A stretch of 64,000 nucleotides of DNA from a virus (lineage: Duplodnaviria > Caudoviricetes), in the IMG/VR virus record IMGVR_UViG_3300028048_003180, positions 1-64,000 of that record. One strand, written 5' to 3'. Position numbers and translations under genes: made by a program. This document shows positions 17,216 to 25,870 of this stretch, piece by piece. The notes under the pieces are model-generated. The model had not been told where the DNA came from. It saw only the letters and a list, made by a program, of their open reading frames with translations, and did no database searches. The stretch's first letter is position 1. Every line of letters starts with the position of its first letter.

Positions 17216-17396
17216 AGATCCTTCCTGTTTTCAGGGATATTAGGGCATACCTTTCGGGAAGGCTGTATTTCCTCCCCTGTATGTCCTTGAGGTCAAACTC
17301 TTCATAGTTGTCCTCCCCTTCGTTTCCTACTGCTATCTTGATGGGAATGTCATCAGGGTATTGTGAAAGCCTGTCAATAAGACCTTTTTTTGTCAT
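17214..17396 (-). CDS. Small hypothetical protein, opposite orientation
   Basis: RBS AGGAGGA; possible own promoter TTGCCC-17-TTTAAT. Confidence 0.6.
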   Translation of the reverse strand: MTKKGLIDRLSQYPDDIPIKIAVGNEGEDNYEEFDLKDIQGRKYSLPERYALISLKTGRI

Positions 17397-17456
17397 TTCA
17401 ATCCTCCTGTAAATGCAAACTCTATTAAACCTCTTTTTCGGATTTTGGGCAAGTTT

Positions 17457-17484
17457 TTGCTAAAAAAATGATTTTCCATAAAGT
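17457..17484 (+). promoter_or_regulatory. A-tract promoter of the packaging operon (probably leaderless)
   Basis: TTGCTA-16-TAAAGT; ATG after an 8-nt gap with no SD. Confidence 0.55.
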
Positions 17485-17492
17485 CTTTTCTC

Positions 17493-17933
17493 ATGGGCTA
17501 CATTATTAATACACCTTCATGCACGAACAGTGACAGGGGCATAAAGCCCCAGCAGTCATTTGCCTCAACAAAAAGATGGCTTTCAAATGCCTTTTACCAG
17601 GAACTCAACCGCCATGCGGAGACGGCTTCCGGGGACTACAAGACCAAAGCCCAGCTTATGATAGAAGGCATTGTTGACATGGCCATAGACCCTGAAAAGG
17701 ATGATTACGTAAAGCTTGCGGCATCCAAGTTCATCATAGAGCACCTTGAGGGCAAGGCTGGGGTTGCACAGGAAGAACACAAGGAAACCATGCCTAAGAT
17801 GGTAATCCAGATTGACAAGGTTGACGCAACCATAATCAACAACAATGCGGCAATCAATACAAACCCTGAGCCAAAGTCTGACATTGCGGAGGAAATAGTT
17901 TCTGAAGAAATGTCAGGGGAGGATGAGGAATAA
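17493..17933 (+). CDS. Terminase small subunit (probable)
   Basis: Directly upstream of TerL (TAATG overlap); AASKFIIEHLEGK motif. Confidence 0.65.
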   Translation: MGYIINTPSCTNSDRGIKPQQSFASTKRWLSNAFYQELNRHAETASGDYKTKAQLMIEGIVDMAIDPEKDDYVKLAASKFIIEHLEGKAGVAQEEHKETMPKMVIQIDKVDATIINNNAAINTNPEPKSDIAEEIVSEEMSGEDEE

Positions 17934-19210
17934 TGGCGGACGAAAGGGTTGTGCACGTTACCGCTCCGCAGGGCGAGATAATGTGCTGCAAGAAGAGGTT
18001 CCGCATAGTCAACGCAGGAAGGCGTTTCGGCAAGTCATTCCTCTCAGGCTACGAAATGCTCATGCAGGCGGTCAACAAGAAGGGCTCGAGCGTAGTTTAC
18101 GTTGCCCCTACCCTTCCCGACGCGAGGAACATCATGTGGAGGGGGTGGCTCAAGGAGCATGTACCGCAGGCATACCTGACAAAATCCAATGAGCAGATGA
18201 TGTACATGGAGTTCAAGAACGGCTCCTTCATACGGCTTGCCTCTGCGACTGACCCTGATTCTGTCCGTGGTACGGGTATAGACCTTCTTGTTATAGACGA
18301 GGCCGCGATGATTCAGTCAGGCGACCTCTGGCAGACTGTCCGCCCTAACCTTTCGGACAAATGGCATGACGGGCGGGCACTTATAATTTCAACCCCAAAG
18401 GGCTACAACTGGTTCTACGACCTCTTTGAAGCTGCAAAGCATGATGACGAATGGGGCTGGTTCCAGTACACGACCATACAGGGCGGAAACGTAGACCCGA
18501 AGGAAATCGAGTCCGCCAAGAAAACGATGTCAAGGAAGATGTTCGAGCAGGAGTACCTTGCGTCTTTCGAGACCATGAGCAACCGTGTCTACTTCAACTA
18601 TGACAAGGACAAGAACTCCATTTCAATGCAGGACTGGTATGGAGCGGAAAAGACGGACATCCACGTAGGCATAGACTTCAACGTAAACCCTATGACGGCA
18701 ACGATCTGGGCAATAGACAAGGACCCTGAGCACAATGAGATTGCAGTCTGCTTCGACGAGATTGTTGACAGAAACTCCGATACACAGGCCCTTGCTGATG
18801 AGATTAAGAGAAGGTACCCCGCCTGCCGCGTCAACTGCTACCCTGACCCGACCTGCCGCAAGAGGCAGACGAATGCAGTCGGCGGCGTTACTGACATGGA
18901 CATCCTCCAGAGGAACGGCTTTGACGTGTTCGTTCCCTATGCACCATACGCAACGAGGGACAAGTTCAACTGCGTCAACACAAACCTTTGCAATGCCACC
19001 GGGTTCAGGCGGCTGTACATAGCCTTCGGAAGATGCCCTGAACTCAGGAAGTCTTGGGACGGCTACACATACAAGGACAAGCAGGGTGTAAGCGAGCCGG
19101 ACAAGTCCGGGGGACTGGACCACGTATCGGACTCTGCTGCCTACTTCATAAATTACAAATTCCCGATTAGGGACAGGACTTTGGGAAGGCCTGTCATTCT
19201 CGGAATGTAG
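17933..19210 (+). CDS. terL: Terminase large subunit
   Basis: AGRRFGKS Walker A, LVIDEAA Walker B, ISTPKG, GIDFN and DHVSD nuclease acids. Confidence 0.95.
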   Translation: MADERVVHVTAPQGEIMCCKKRFRIVNAGRRFGKSFLSGYEMLMQAVNKKGSSVVYVAPTLPDARNIMWRGWLKEHVPQAYLTKSNEQMMYMEFKNGSFIRLASATDPDSVRGTGIDLLVIDEAAMIQSGDLWQTVRPNLSDKWHDGRALIISTPKGYNWFYDLFEAAKHDDEWGWFQYTTIQGGNVDPKEIESAKKTMSRKMFEQEYLASFETMSNRVYFNYDKDKNSISMQDWYGAEKTDIHVGIDFNVNPMTATIWAIDKDPEHNEIAVCFDEIVDRNSDTQALADEIKRRYPACRVNCYPDPTCRKRQTNAVGGVTDMDILQRNGFDVFVPYAPYATRDKFNCVNTNLCNATGFRRLYIAFGRCPELRKSWDGYTYKDKQGVSEPDKSGGLDHVSDSAAYFINYKFPIRDRTLGRPVILGM

Positions 19211-19218
19211 GAGGAACT

Positions 19219-20781
19219 ATGGTTACTGAATACCATCCTTATGTTTTGAAAATGGGTGCAAAATGGAAGCTTATCCGTGACTTTGTTGCGGGCGAGCATG
19301 AGATAAAGATGGCTGGGCCTGCCTACCTGCCGATGAAGAGCGGCCAGACGAAGGATGATTACGACAAGTACAAGGCAAGGGCAAAGCCGGGGGACTACAC
19401 CGACCAGGCCCTCAAGTCCATGCACGGGCTCATTTTCCGCCGCACTCCTGTCGTCGAAAAGCCTGATGACGAGCAGCTTGACCTTATTCTGAGCAACTTT
19501 GACCGGGAAGGCTCTTCCCTTTATCAGTTTGCCTCTGACGTTGCAATGGACAACATGCAGACGACCTTCGGGGGAATCCTCGTTGACATGCCGAAGAGTG
19601 AGGGTGTCGTGACTGTGTATGACGCGAAGATGAAGGGAATCCGCCCTTATGCAAGGTATTACCCTGCAGAAAGCATAGTCAACTGGAAGTACAGGGACGT
19701 TAACGGCGTAAGCCAGCTTTCCCTCGTAGTCCTGATTGAGATGGTTGATTCTGAGTCGGGCGATGAATTCAGCCACAACCTTGTCCCCCAGTACAGGGTG
19801 CTTGCGCTTGACGAATCAGGCTACTACCACGTAAGGGTTTTCAGGGAGTTTGACAATTCCGGGAAAAAGACTTTTGAGCAGGTCTCTGACGACTATGTTA
19901 CGATTAGGGGTGAACATATCAAGTACATTCCTTTTGAATTCCTTCCTTTCAAGACACCGGAAAAACCCATGCTTTACGGCCTTGCAGAGCTTCACAAGCA
20001 CTACTACATGCAGTCCGCTGACTATGAGAACGGTGTCCACTGCACGACAATCCCTACAGGTTATGTTACCGGGTATACGCTCGGAAAGAAGCCAGACGGC
20101 TCACCCGAAGAAATCCGTCTTGGGGCTGACTCGTTCCTTAATTTCCCTGATGAGTCTGCAAGGGTCGGTACGCTCGTGTTTGCAGGCGAAGGATTGAACC
20201 ACAGTGAACAGGCACTTGCAAAGACGGCAGAGGAGATAGGTGTCCTCGGCACAAGGGCAATATCCCCTGACAAGGCGATGTCGGAAACAAAGGATGCCGC
20301 CCAGATACACAGGCAGGGGGAGAACTCAAAGCTTGCCACATACGCAAGGAACCTTGCGGAGAAGTTCACGAAGGTATTCCAGATAATGAGCGACTGGGTG
20401 GGTGCAGGAGGCCGCGTCAACATAGAGTTCAACGTTGACTTCGACACAATCGCGTTTGACCCGAATGCAATCAATGCCATTGCAAACCTTTCAAGGGACG
20501 GACGCTACCCGCTCCCATACGTCTACGAAGCACTCAAGAAGGGAGAGTACCTCCCGAACAACTGTACGCTTGAGCAGTTCATTATGCTCATCTCAATTGA
20601 AGCAGCAGGCGTTCCTCCTATCGACGAGTTCAACCTCTACCAGCAGATGCGTGAGGGCAAGAAGATTACAGTCCCGGCATCAAAGCCTCTTGCTGACGAC
20701 AGCGGAATGGAAGAGGAAGAAGATGAAGATGATGAAGACGAGGAAAAGAAAAAGCCGGAAGACAAGGAAGGGGATGAGTGA
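19219..20781 (+). CDS. Portal protein (DUF4055-like)
   Basis: Position after TerL; YLP...YDKYKARA; HYYMQSADYE. Confidence 0.85.
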   Translation: MVTEYHPYVLKMGAKWKLIRDFVAGEHEIKMAGPAYLPMKSGQTKDDYDKYKARAKPGDYTDQALKSMHGLIFRRTPVVEKPDDEQLDLILSNFDREGSSLYQFASDVAMDNMQTTFGGILVDMPKSEGVVTVYDAKMKGIRPYARYYPAESIVNWKYRDVNGVSQLSLVVLIEMVDSESGDEFSHNLVPQYRVLALDESGYYHVRVFREFDNSGKKTFEQVSDDYVTIRGEHIKYIPFEFLPFKTPEKPMLYGLAELHKHYYMQSADYENGVHCTTIPTGYVTGYTLGKKPDGSPEEIRLGADSFLNFPDESARVGTLVFAGEGLNHSEQALAKTAEEIGVLGTRAISPDKAMSETKDAAQIHRQGENSKLATYARNLAEKFTKVFQIMSDWVGAGGRVNIEFNVDFDTIAFDPNAINAIANLSRDGRYPLPYVYEALKKGEYLPNNCTLEQFIMLISIEAAGVPPIDEFNLYQQMREGKKITVPASKPLADDSGMEEEEDEDDEDEEKKKPEDKEGDE

Positions 20782-20972
20782 TGGAATGCGAGGATGAGTT
20801 TTCCAAGCTCATAAACAAATCCCTTGGCCTTGCCCAGAACGTTGACAGGAGCAAGCTCGACGAAGATGTTCTGGAGCAGGTCGCAAGGAGGGAGAACCTT
20901 GTCCGTGTCCTGGAGTCAAGGGGTAAGACCCCCTCCGAGATAAGGCGGTTCATTAAGGAGAAATTCTTTTGA
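20778..20972 (+). CDS. Small hypothetical protein
   Basis: Coupled between portal and MuF. Confidence 0.55.
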   Translation: MMECEDEFSKLINKSLGLAQNVDRSKLDEDVLEQVARRENLVRVLESRGKTPSEIRRFIKEKFF

Positions 20973-22390
20973 CTTACGACGAATACTTTGACAGGTACAC
21001 GAAGCACCTCATAGACACTGAGTTTTACGCACAGTCTTGGGAGAACAGACTCAACTCCCTTACCGAAAGGGTCAAGAAGCGGCTCAAGGACGTAATGGAA
21101 GGGTATGGCGTAATCACGTCAAAAGGCAAGTACCTCCAGTTTGCGAAGGAAGTGTCGGAAGCCATAGACAGTGAGGTTGACCCGTTCGCAAAGCTGTTTG
21201 ACAGGGAGGAAAGGAAGCAGTCGGAGAAGGAATCGGACTGGCTCGGAAAGCTGCTCAAGGCTTTTTTAGGGATAACGGCTGTCATGGCTGCGATGAACTG
21301 GAGAAAGCTCAAATCCCAGCCTTTCGGAAAGTACAAGGACAGGAAGGATTTCTTTGAATCCTACAAGACCAAGATGGAGAAGGCAGTAACGCTCCCTGCA
21401 TGGTCTTCCTATATCTTCGGAAGCGGCCTTTCGACGGTCAGTGCCGAGATGGACAGGACGTTCAATAAGATAGGCAAGGAAGCCGGGGCTGATGCACACC
21501 TTTCGGTCACTGCAAACCAGAGGAACACCCAGAGGCTCTTGCTTGAAGACTTGAGGGGGACGTCATACGTCTACGTTGCAATTCTTGACGATAAGACGTG
21601 TCCTGTCTGCGGCGTATACTCAGGCACTGTCTATGACGACCTTACGGAAGCTCCCCTTCTTCCAATCCATTACAGCTGTAGGTGCTACTACCTGCCAATA
21701 AAGAAGGGTGACAAGTTCAGGCAGCCAAGCTATAGCGAGTGGTTTGAAAGGCAGAGTGAGGAAGTCAAGAGGAAGATTCTCGGCCCGGCAAGGTTCAGGC
21801 TCTACAAGTCCGGTGTCCAGTTCAGCGAGTTCACCTCGAAGGGGCATAAGCTGACGCTGCAGGAACTGTTTAGCGACAAGGTTGCCCTGTCAAAGCCGAA
21901 GGTGCCATACGGAATGGGATGGGAGACGGAAAGAATTACAAAGTCAGCCTCAGTCCATATAGCAAAAGAACGCATTGCAGACGGTACAAAAGATCCTCTT
22001 GTCTACAGTTCCGACAAGATGATGGCGAAGACTCTTGCAAGGGAAACAGGAAAGGATGTTTGGCTTCTGTCAGAAAGAAACAAAGGGAGTGTAAATCCAG
22101 ATGCTTTTATTGACGGACGGACTATAGAGTTTAAGCATGTAAGGGGAGGCAGAAGAAAAGTAGGATTAAATGCCTGCCGTTCATTGCTTCAGTCAGAAAA
22201 TGTATTTTTGTATGTAGAACAAAATATACCTGAAAAGTCTTGTTTAAGCGCGATAAAAGGTGCTTTGTACAACACTCGCCAACAGGCAGTAAAAAACAAA
22301 ATACAGTTTATTGAACCTAATCCAGATGGATTAATTTTTATTTATACAGAGGGAAAGCTGAGTCAGTTTACTTGGAAGGATGTACTTTAA
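20969..22390 (+). CDS. MuF (SPP1 gp7-like) head protein fused to a C-terminal PD-(D/E)xK nuclease resembling the CdiA tRNase domain
   Basis: AILDDKTCPVC...PIHYSCRC MuF motif; C-terminal NPDAFIDGRTIEFK. Confidence 0.8.
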   Translation: MTYDEYFDRYTKHLIDTEFYAQSWENRLNSLTERVKKRLKDVMEGYGVITSKGKYLQFAKEVSEAIDSEVDPFAKLFDREERKQSEKESDWLGKLLKAFLGITAVMAAMNWRKLKSQPFGKYKDRKDFFESYKTKMEKAVTLPAWSSYIFGSGLSTVSAEMDRTFNKIGKEAGADAHLSVTANQRNTQRLLLEDLRGTSYVYVAILDDKTCPVCGVYSGTVYDDLTEAPLLPIHYSCRCYYLPIKKGDKFRQPSYSEWFERQSEEVKRKILGPARFRLYKSGVQFSEFTSKGHKLTLQELFSDKVALSKPKVPYGMGWETERITKSASVHIAKERIADGTKDPLVYSSDKMMAKTLARETGKDVWLLSERNKGSVNPDAFIDGRTIEFKHVRGGRRKVGLNACRSLLQSENVFLYVEQNIPEKSCLSAIKGALYNTRQQAVKNKIQFIEPNPDGLIFIYTEGKLSQFTWKDVL

Positions 22391-22454
22391 AAAAAATCCG
22401 GGGAGCTAAGCTCCCCTTCGGCTACCCAGCAAGAGACTAGCTCTTACCCGGTTA
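22389..22454 (-). ncRNA. Putative ~66-nt structured small RNA convergent on the MuF-nuclease gene
   Basis: Promoter TTGACT-17-TATTAT (22489-22461), two hairpins, T8 tail. Confidence 0.5.
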
Positions 22455-22500
22455 ATTATTATAATATTGTAAATATGCCTAACAGTCAAGGAAAAAACAG

Positions 22501-22538
22501 TCAAAAATAAAAAAAAATCCCCAAGTAAAAACTTGGGG
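22501..22538 (-). terminator. Terminator of the 22550-22921 gene
   Basis: CCCCAAGT/ACTTGGGG hairpin with T-run on the minus strand. Confidence 0.7.
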
Positions 22539-22549
22539 CATCACTTTTG

Positions 22550-22921
22550 CTATTTACCCGGGACAGGCTCTAAGGTTACGGTATTGTTGTCAAGGGATTT
22601 TATCACAAACGTTCTTTCTACAGGCCAGTTTCCATCGAATTGCAACAGTTCAATCTCATCTCCGACTTTAATAATGTAAGTAAATGTTACGTCAGACGAA
22701 TTGATTTGCATTTCGTACAAACCCTTAGAGTCACCGGGAACCTTGGCTATCTTTGCTACAAATGGAGCAGATTTATTTTTTAAATATTTAAATCCTGATG
22801 GTAAATACCAAGTAGTCTGCTTCCCTTCATTGCTACCTGCGAGTTCTCCAGTTTTCCATGTCAAACCGAATGAAAAGCTGCAAATCATTGACACAACAAA
22901 CAAGATAATAATCTTTTTCAT
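22550..22921 (-). CDS. Secreted protein, AT-rich moron
   Basis: MKKIIILFVVSMICSFSFG signal peptide; RBS AGGAG; own terminator. Confidence 0.75.
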   Translation of the reverse strand: MKKIIILFVVSMICSFSFGLTWKTGELAGSNEGKQTTWYLPSGFKYLKNKSAPFVAKIAKVPGDSKGLYEMQINSSDVTFTYIIKVGDEIELLQFDGNWPVERTFVIKSLDNNTVTLEPVPGK

Positions 22922-23043
22922 CTTTTCTTTCTCCTAAAAAAATAGTTTTAAGTATTCTTTTATATTATATTATTAGTTTTATTATTTTTCAATATGTTTT
23001 TTTTAAGTCAACAAAAACAAAGATGGGGAGTCAGTCATTTTCT

Positions 23044-23072
23044 TTGCCAAAAAAAAATACCGTATCTAAGAT
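23044..23072 (+). promoter_or_regulatory. A-tract promoter
   Basis: TTGCCA-17-TAAGAT, A9 run. Confidence 0.6.
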
Positions 23073-23123
23073 ATTTTTCAGAGATACTGGGTAGATTGTC
23101 ACTAGGCCCAAGGAGGTATATCA

Positions 23124-23348
23124 ATGATTTGGCAGGATTACATAGCCTACCCGGACGATAATGTGCCGGACATAGGGAGCATTGAGCCAATTAGCAATGA
23201 CAATGGCGTAAGGGAATACCGCCTCCTTGCAGTAGACCTGGACAAACTTAATTCTACAGTTACATATTGCGGCGACGGCTCTACGGCTTACGTGACCGAC
23301 ACTGGTGCCATCTACATGTTCCAGGACGGGACATGGTATGAAATGTAA
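23124..23348 (+). CDS. Small virion-accessory protein
   Basis: GSTAYVTDTGAIYMF...W motif; RBS AAGGAGG. Confidence 0.65.
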   Translation: MIWQDYIAYPDDNVPDIGSIEPISNDNGVREYRLLAVDLDKLNSTVTYCGDGSTAYVTDTGAIYMFQDGTWYEM

Positions 23349-23360
23349 GGGGGTGGCCCG

Positions 23361-24485
23361 ATGGATGTCGTTACCCTGGCTGTGGCCAAAAAATATTGTG
23401 ATGATTCGATACTGGGAACGGCTGGCCCTATAAGGGGAAAGCCCTGTACAATCAGCTCCATAGAACCCATTGAGGGCGGGAACAAGGTTACGTACCTCTG
23501 GACGGACAATGCAGGCTCAACCCGCACGTCGGTAATGATTGTCATGGACGGTCAGGACGGGTCTGACGTTACCGCCATAGAGATAGACGAGAACAACCAT
23601 TTCGTATTCACTTTCAGTGACGGAAGGACTATAGACGGCGGGGAGGTTCCCTGCGTGGACTCTGCCGACAAGGTTGCCTACGAGAACGAGGGGCACCCGG
23701 AAATAGAAACGGTCAAGGATGCCTTGGACGCTGCCCTTCTTGGCGGTGCGAACCTTCAGAACCCGATAACGGTTTCAAACCCTGTGGGCTCTGCAACAAG
23801 CGGTAAGACCTATGCAAAGGGAACCCCGCTTGAGACGCTCATAAAAGACATGCTCGTAAAGGAAGTAGCCCCAGGCCTTACGCTTACAATCCAGCCTGCG
23901 ACAACCCTTTATGACGTTGTGGAGGACACAGTGTCAGCCGTGCTTATGAAGGCAGCCGTAACAAAGAACACTTACGACTTGTCAAAGGTGGACTTCTACC
24001 TTGACGGTGCCCTCAAGCATACGGAGAATATTTCTACACCCGGCACATACCAGTTCAACATGACGTGGACGCTGCCGACAAACTCAAACTTCACGCTCAA
24101 GGCAGTTGTTGCCGACCGCAAGCCGGGAGTGCCGATGAGCACTTCAAAGGAAATAGCGGTCAAATTCGTGGGCAAGTCATACTATGGAACCGTTGACTCC
24201 ACTGTTGGAGAGCCTACGGAGGCAATCATAAAGTCGCTTCAGAACAGGACGCTCAAGGACACGAAGAACCTTACCTACAGCGGAATCAATATGGACTACG
24301 GAAAGGTTGTTTACGCCTACCCTGCTTCCTTTGGCAACCTAAGCTCAATCAAGGACGAAATCAATAATTTTTCATACATCGAGTCCTTTACGAAGTATGC
24401 AAAGCAAATTGACGGCATAGCATATAATGTATATGTCCAGAATGAGCCAACTCAGGCAATAGATGTCCAACTTGTGTTTAGATAA
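23361..24485 (+). CDS. Virion accessory / fibre-like protein
   Basis: Ig-like region; C-terminal YYG...YAYPASFG domain shared with 25860-27560. Confidence 0.65.
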   Translation: MDVVTLAVAKKYCDDSILGTAGPIRGKPCTISSIEPIEGGNKVTYLWTDNAGSTRTSVMIVMDGQDGSDVTAIEIDENNHFVFTFSDGRTIDGGEVPCVDSADKVAYENEGHPEIETVKDALDAALLGGANLQNPITVSNPVGSATSGKTYAKGTPLETLIKDMLVKEVAPGLTLTIQPATTLYDVVEDTVSAVLMKAAVTKNTYDLSKVDFYLDGALKHTENISTPGTYQFNMTWTLPTNSNFTLKAVVADRKPGVPMSTSKEIAVKFVGKSYYGTVDSTVGEPTEAIIKSLQNRTLKDTKNLTYSGINMDYGKVVYAYPASFGNLSSIKDEINNFSYIESFTKYAKQIDGIAYNVYVQNEPTQAIDVQLVFR

Positions 24486-24502
24486 TAAGGAATTGAGGAG
24501 TA

Positions 24503-25870
24503 ATGGATAAGATTTCGTTTGAAGAAAAGAAAAAGACTTTACAAATAGAATCTCGAATAGCCGATTATGTTGATTTTATTGGGGAAAGAAACGTAAAAGG
24601 TAGGTGGTACATTGTAATTAAATGTAAAGCCTGTGGAGAAGAATTTGTAAGAAATTATTTTGATTTGATGAAAATGAAATCATGTCCTGCATGTTTCAAG
24701 AACTCAAGATTATCTTCGGAAATAAACTTTTTAAGATTATTCAAGAAAAATAAAAATTGGAAAGATATTGAACTGAAAAGTTCTTTTGTAAATTCGGTAA
24801 CTCCAATTTCTTGTAAGTGTAAAGTTTGCGGATATGAGTGGCATTCTATGCCAAATAACTTACTCGTTCATGGCTGTATAAAATGTGCTTCAAAAAAGAA
24901 GGGAGTAAATAATATAATCCCATTCTCTGTTTATGAAAAAGAATTAAAAACCAAATTTCCGAATATTATCTGCACAAAATATGTATCTAACAAAAGTCCA
25001 GAAAACACTTTTATATGCACCAAACATAATTATGTCTTTCAAAAATCATTGTATTTAGTTTTACGAGAGAAAAATGGAGGATGCGATTATTGTCATTCTG
25101 AGAATGAATCAATAAAAAAGGCATCTTCGGCTGAGGAATTTTCTGCAAAATTAAACAAACTTTCAAAAACTCTAATTCTGAACTCGGATTATAAAAATAG
25201 TAAATCTAAAGTTCAAATCAAATGTACGGATTGCGGAATGATTAATTATGTAATACCTAATCAGATATTATCAAGACCTAAGTGTATTTATTGCTCTGAT
25301 GGATTGTCTTTTCCTAACAAATTTATTCGAGGTTTTTTCAAGCAAATAAAAACAGACTATATCGAGTTTGAGTATTCTCCAAAATGGGTGAAAGGAAGAA
25401 GTTATGATGTTTATTTTGAGTTAGGAAATGAAAAATTTATAGTAGAAATGGATGGTAAACAGCATTATGAGGGATGGAGAAGACAAGGAGCCGAACTTCA
25501 GCGCAGTATTGATATGTTAAAAGACAAACTTGCAGAAGAACATAATATTAAAATGATACGGATTGACTGTTCTAGTCAAAGGCTCATCCCTCAAAACATA
25601 AAGGAAAGTTGTTTGTCGGATATTTTTGATTTATCAACCATTGATTTTGAAGAATGTAACAGATTTGCATTTTCAAGTTTGATGAAGATTATTTGTAAAG
25701 AGTATGATAATTCTCGAAGTACAATAAAGGAATTGGCTGCAAAATATGGACTTAGTTCTGGAACTGTAAAAAACTATCTTCGTTTCGGAACTGACAATCA
25801 CTTTTGCAATTACAAAAAAAAAGATTCATTAATAAGATATAGATCGAAGGAGGTAAAATATGGCAATTAG
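24503..25870 (+). CDS. Free-standing homing-endonuclease-like protein
   Basis: Repeated CxxC zinc ribbons, then DVYF...IVEMDGKQHY (Vsr/DUF559-type); strongly AT-rich. Confidence 0.75.
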   Translation: MDKISFEEKKKTLQIESRIADYVDFIGERNVKGRWYIVIKCKACGEEFVRNYFDLMKMKSCPACFKNSRLSSEINFLRLFKKNKNWKDIELKSSFVNSVTPISCKCKVCGYEWHSMPNNLLVHGCIKCASKKKGVNNIIPFSVYEKELKTKFPNIICTKYVSNKSPENTFICTKHNYVFQKSLYLVLREKNGGCDYCHSENESIKKASSAEEFSAKLNKLSKTLILNSDYKNSKSKVQIKCTDCGMINYVIPNQILSRPKCIYCSDGLSFPNKFIRGFFKQIKTDYIEFEYSPKWVKGRSYDVYFELGNEKFIVEMDGKQHYEGWRRQGAELQRSIDMLKDKLAEEHNIKMIRIDCSSQRLIPQNIKESCLSDIFDLSTIDFEECNRFAFSSLMKIICKEYDNSRSTIKELAAKYGLSSGTVKNYLRFGTDNHFCNYKKKDSLIRYRSKEVKYGN

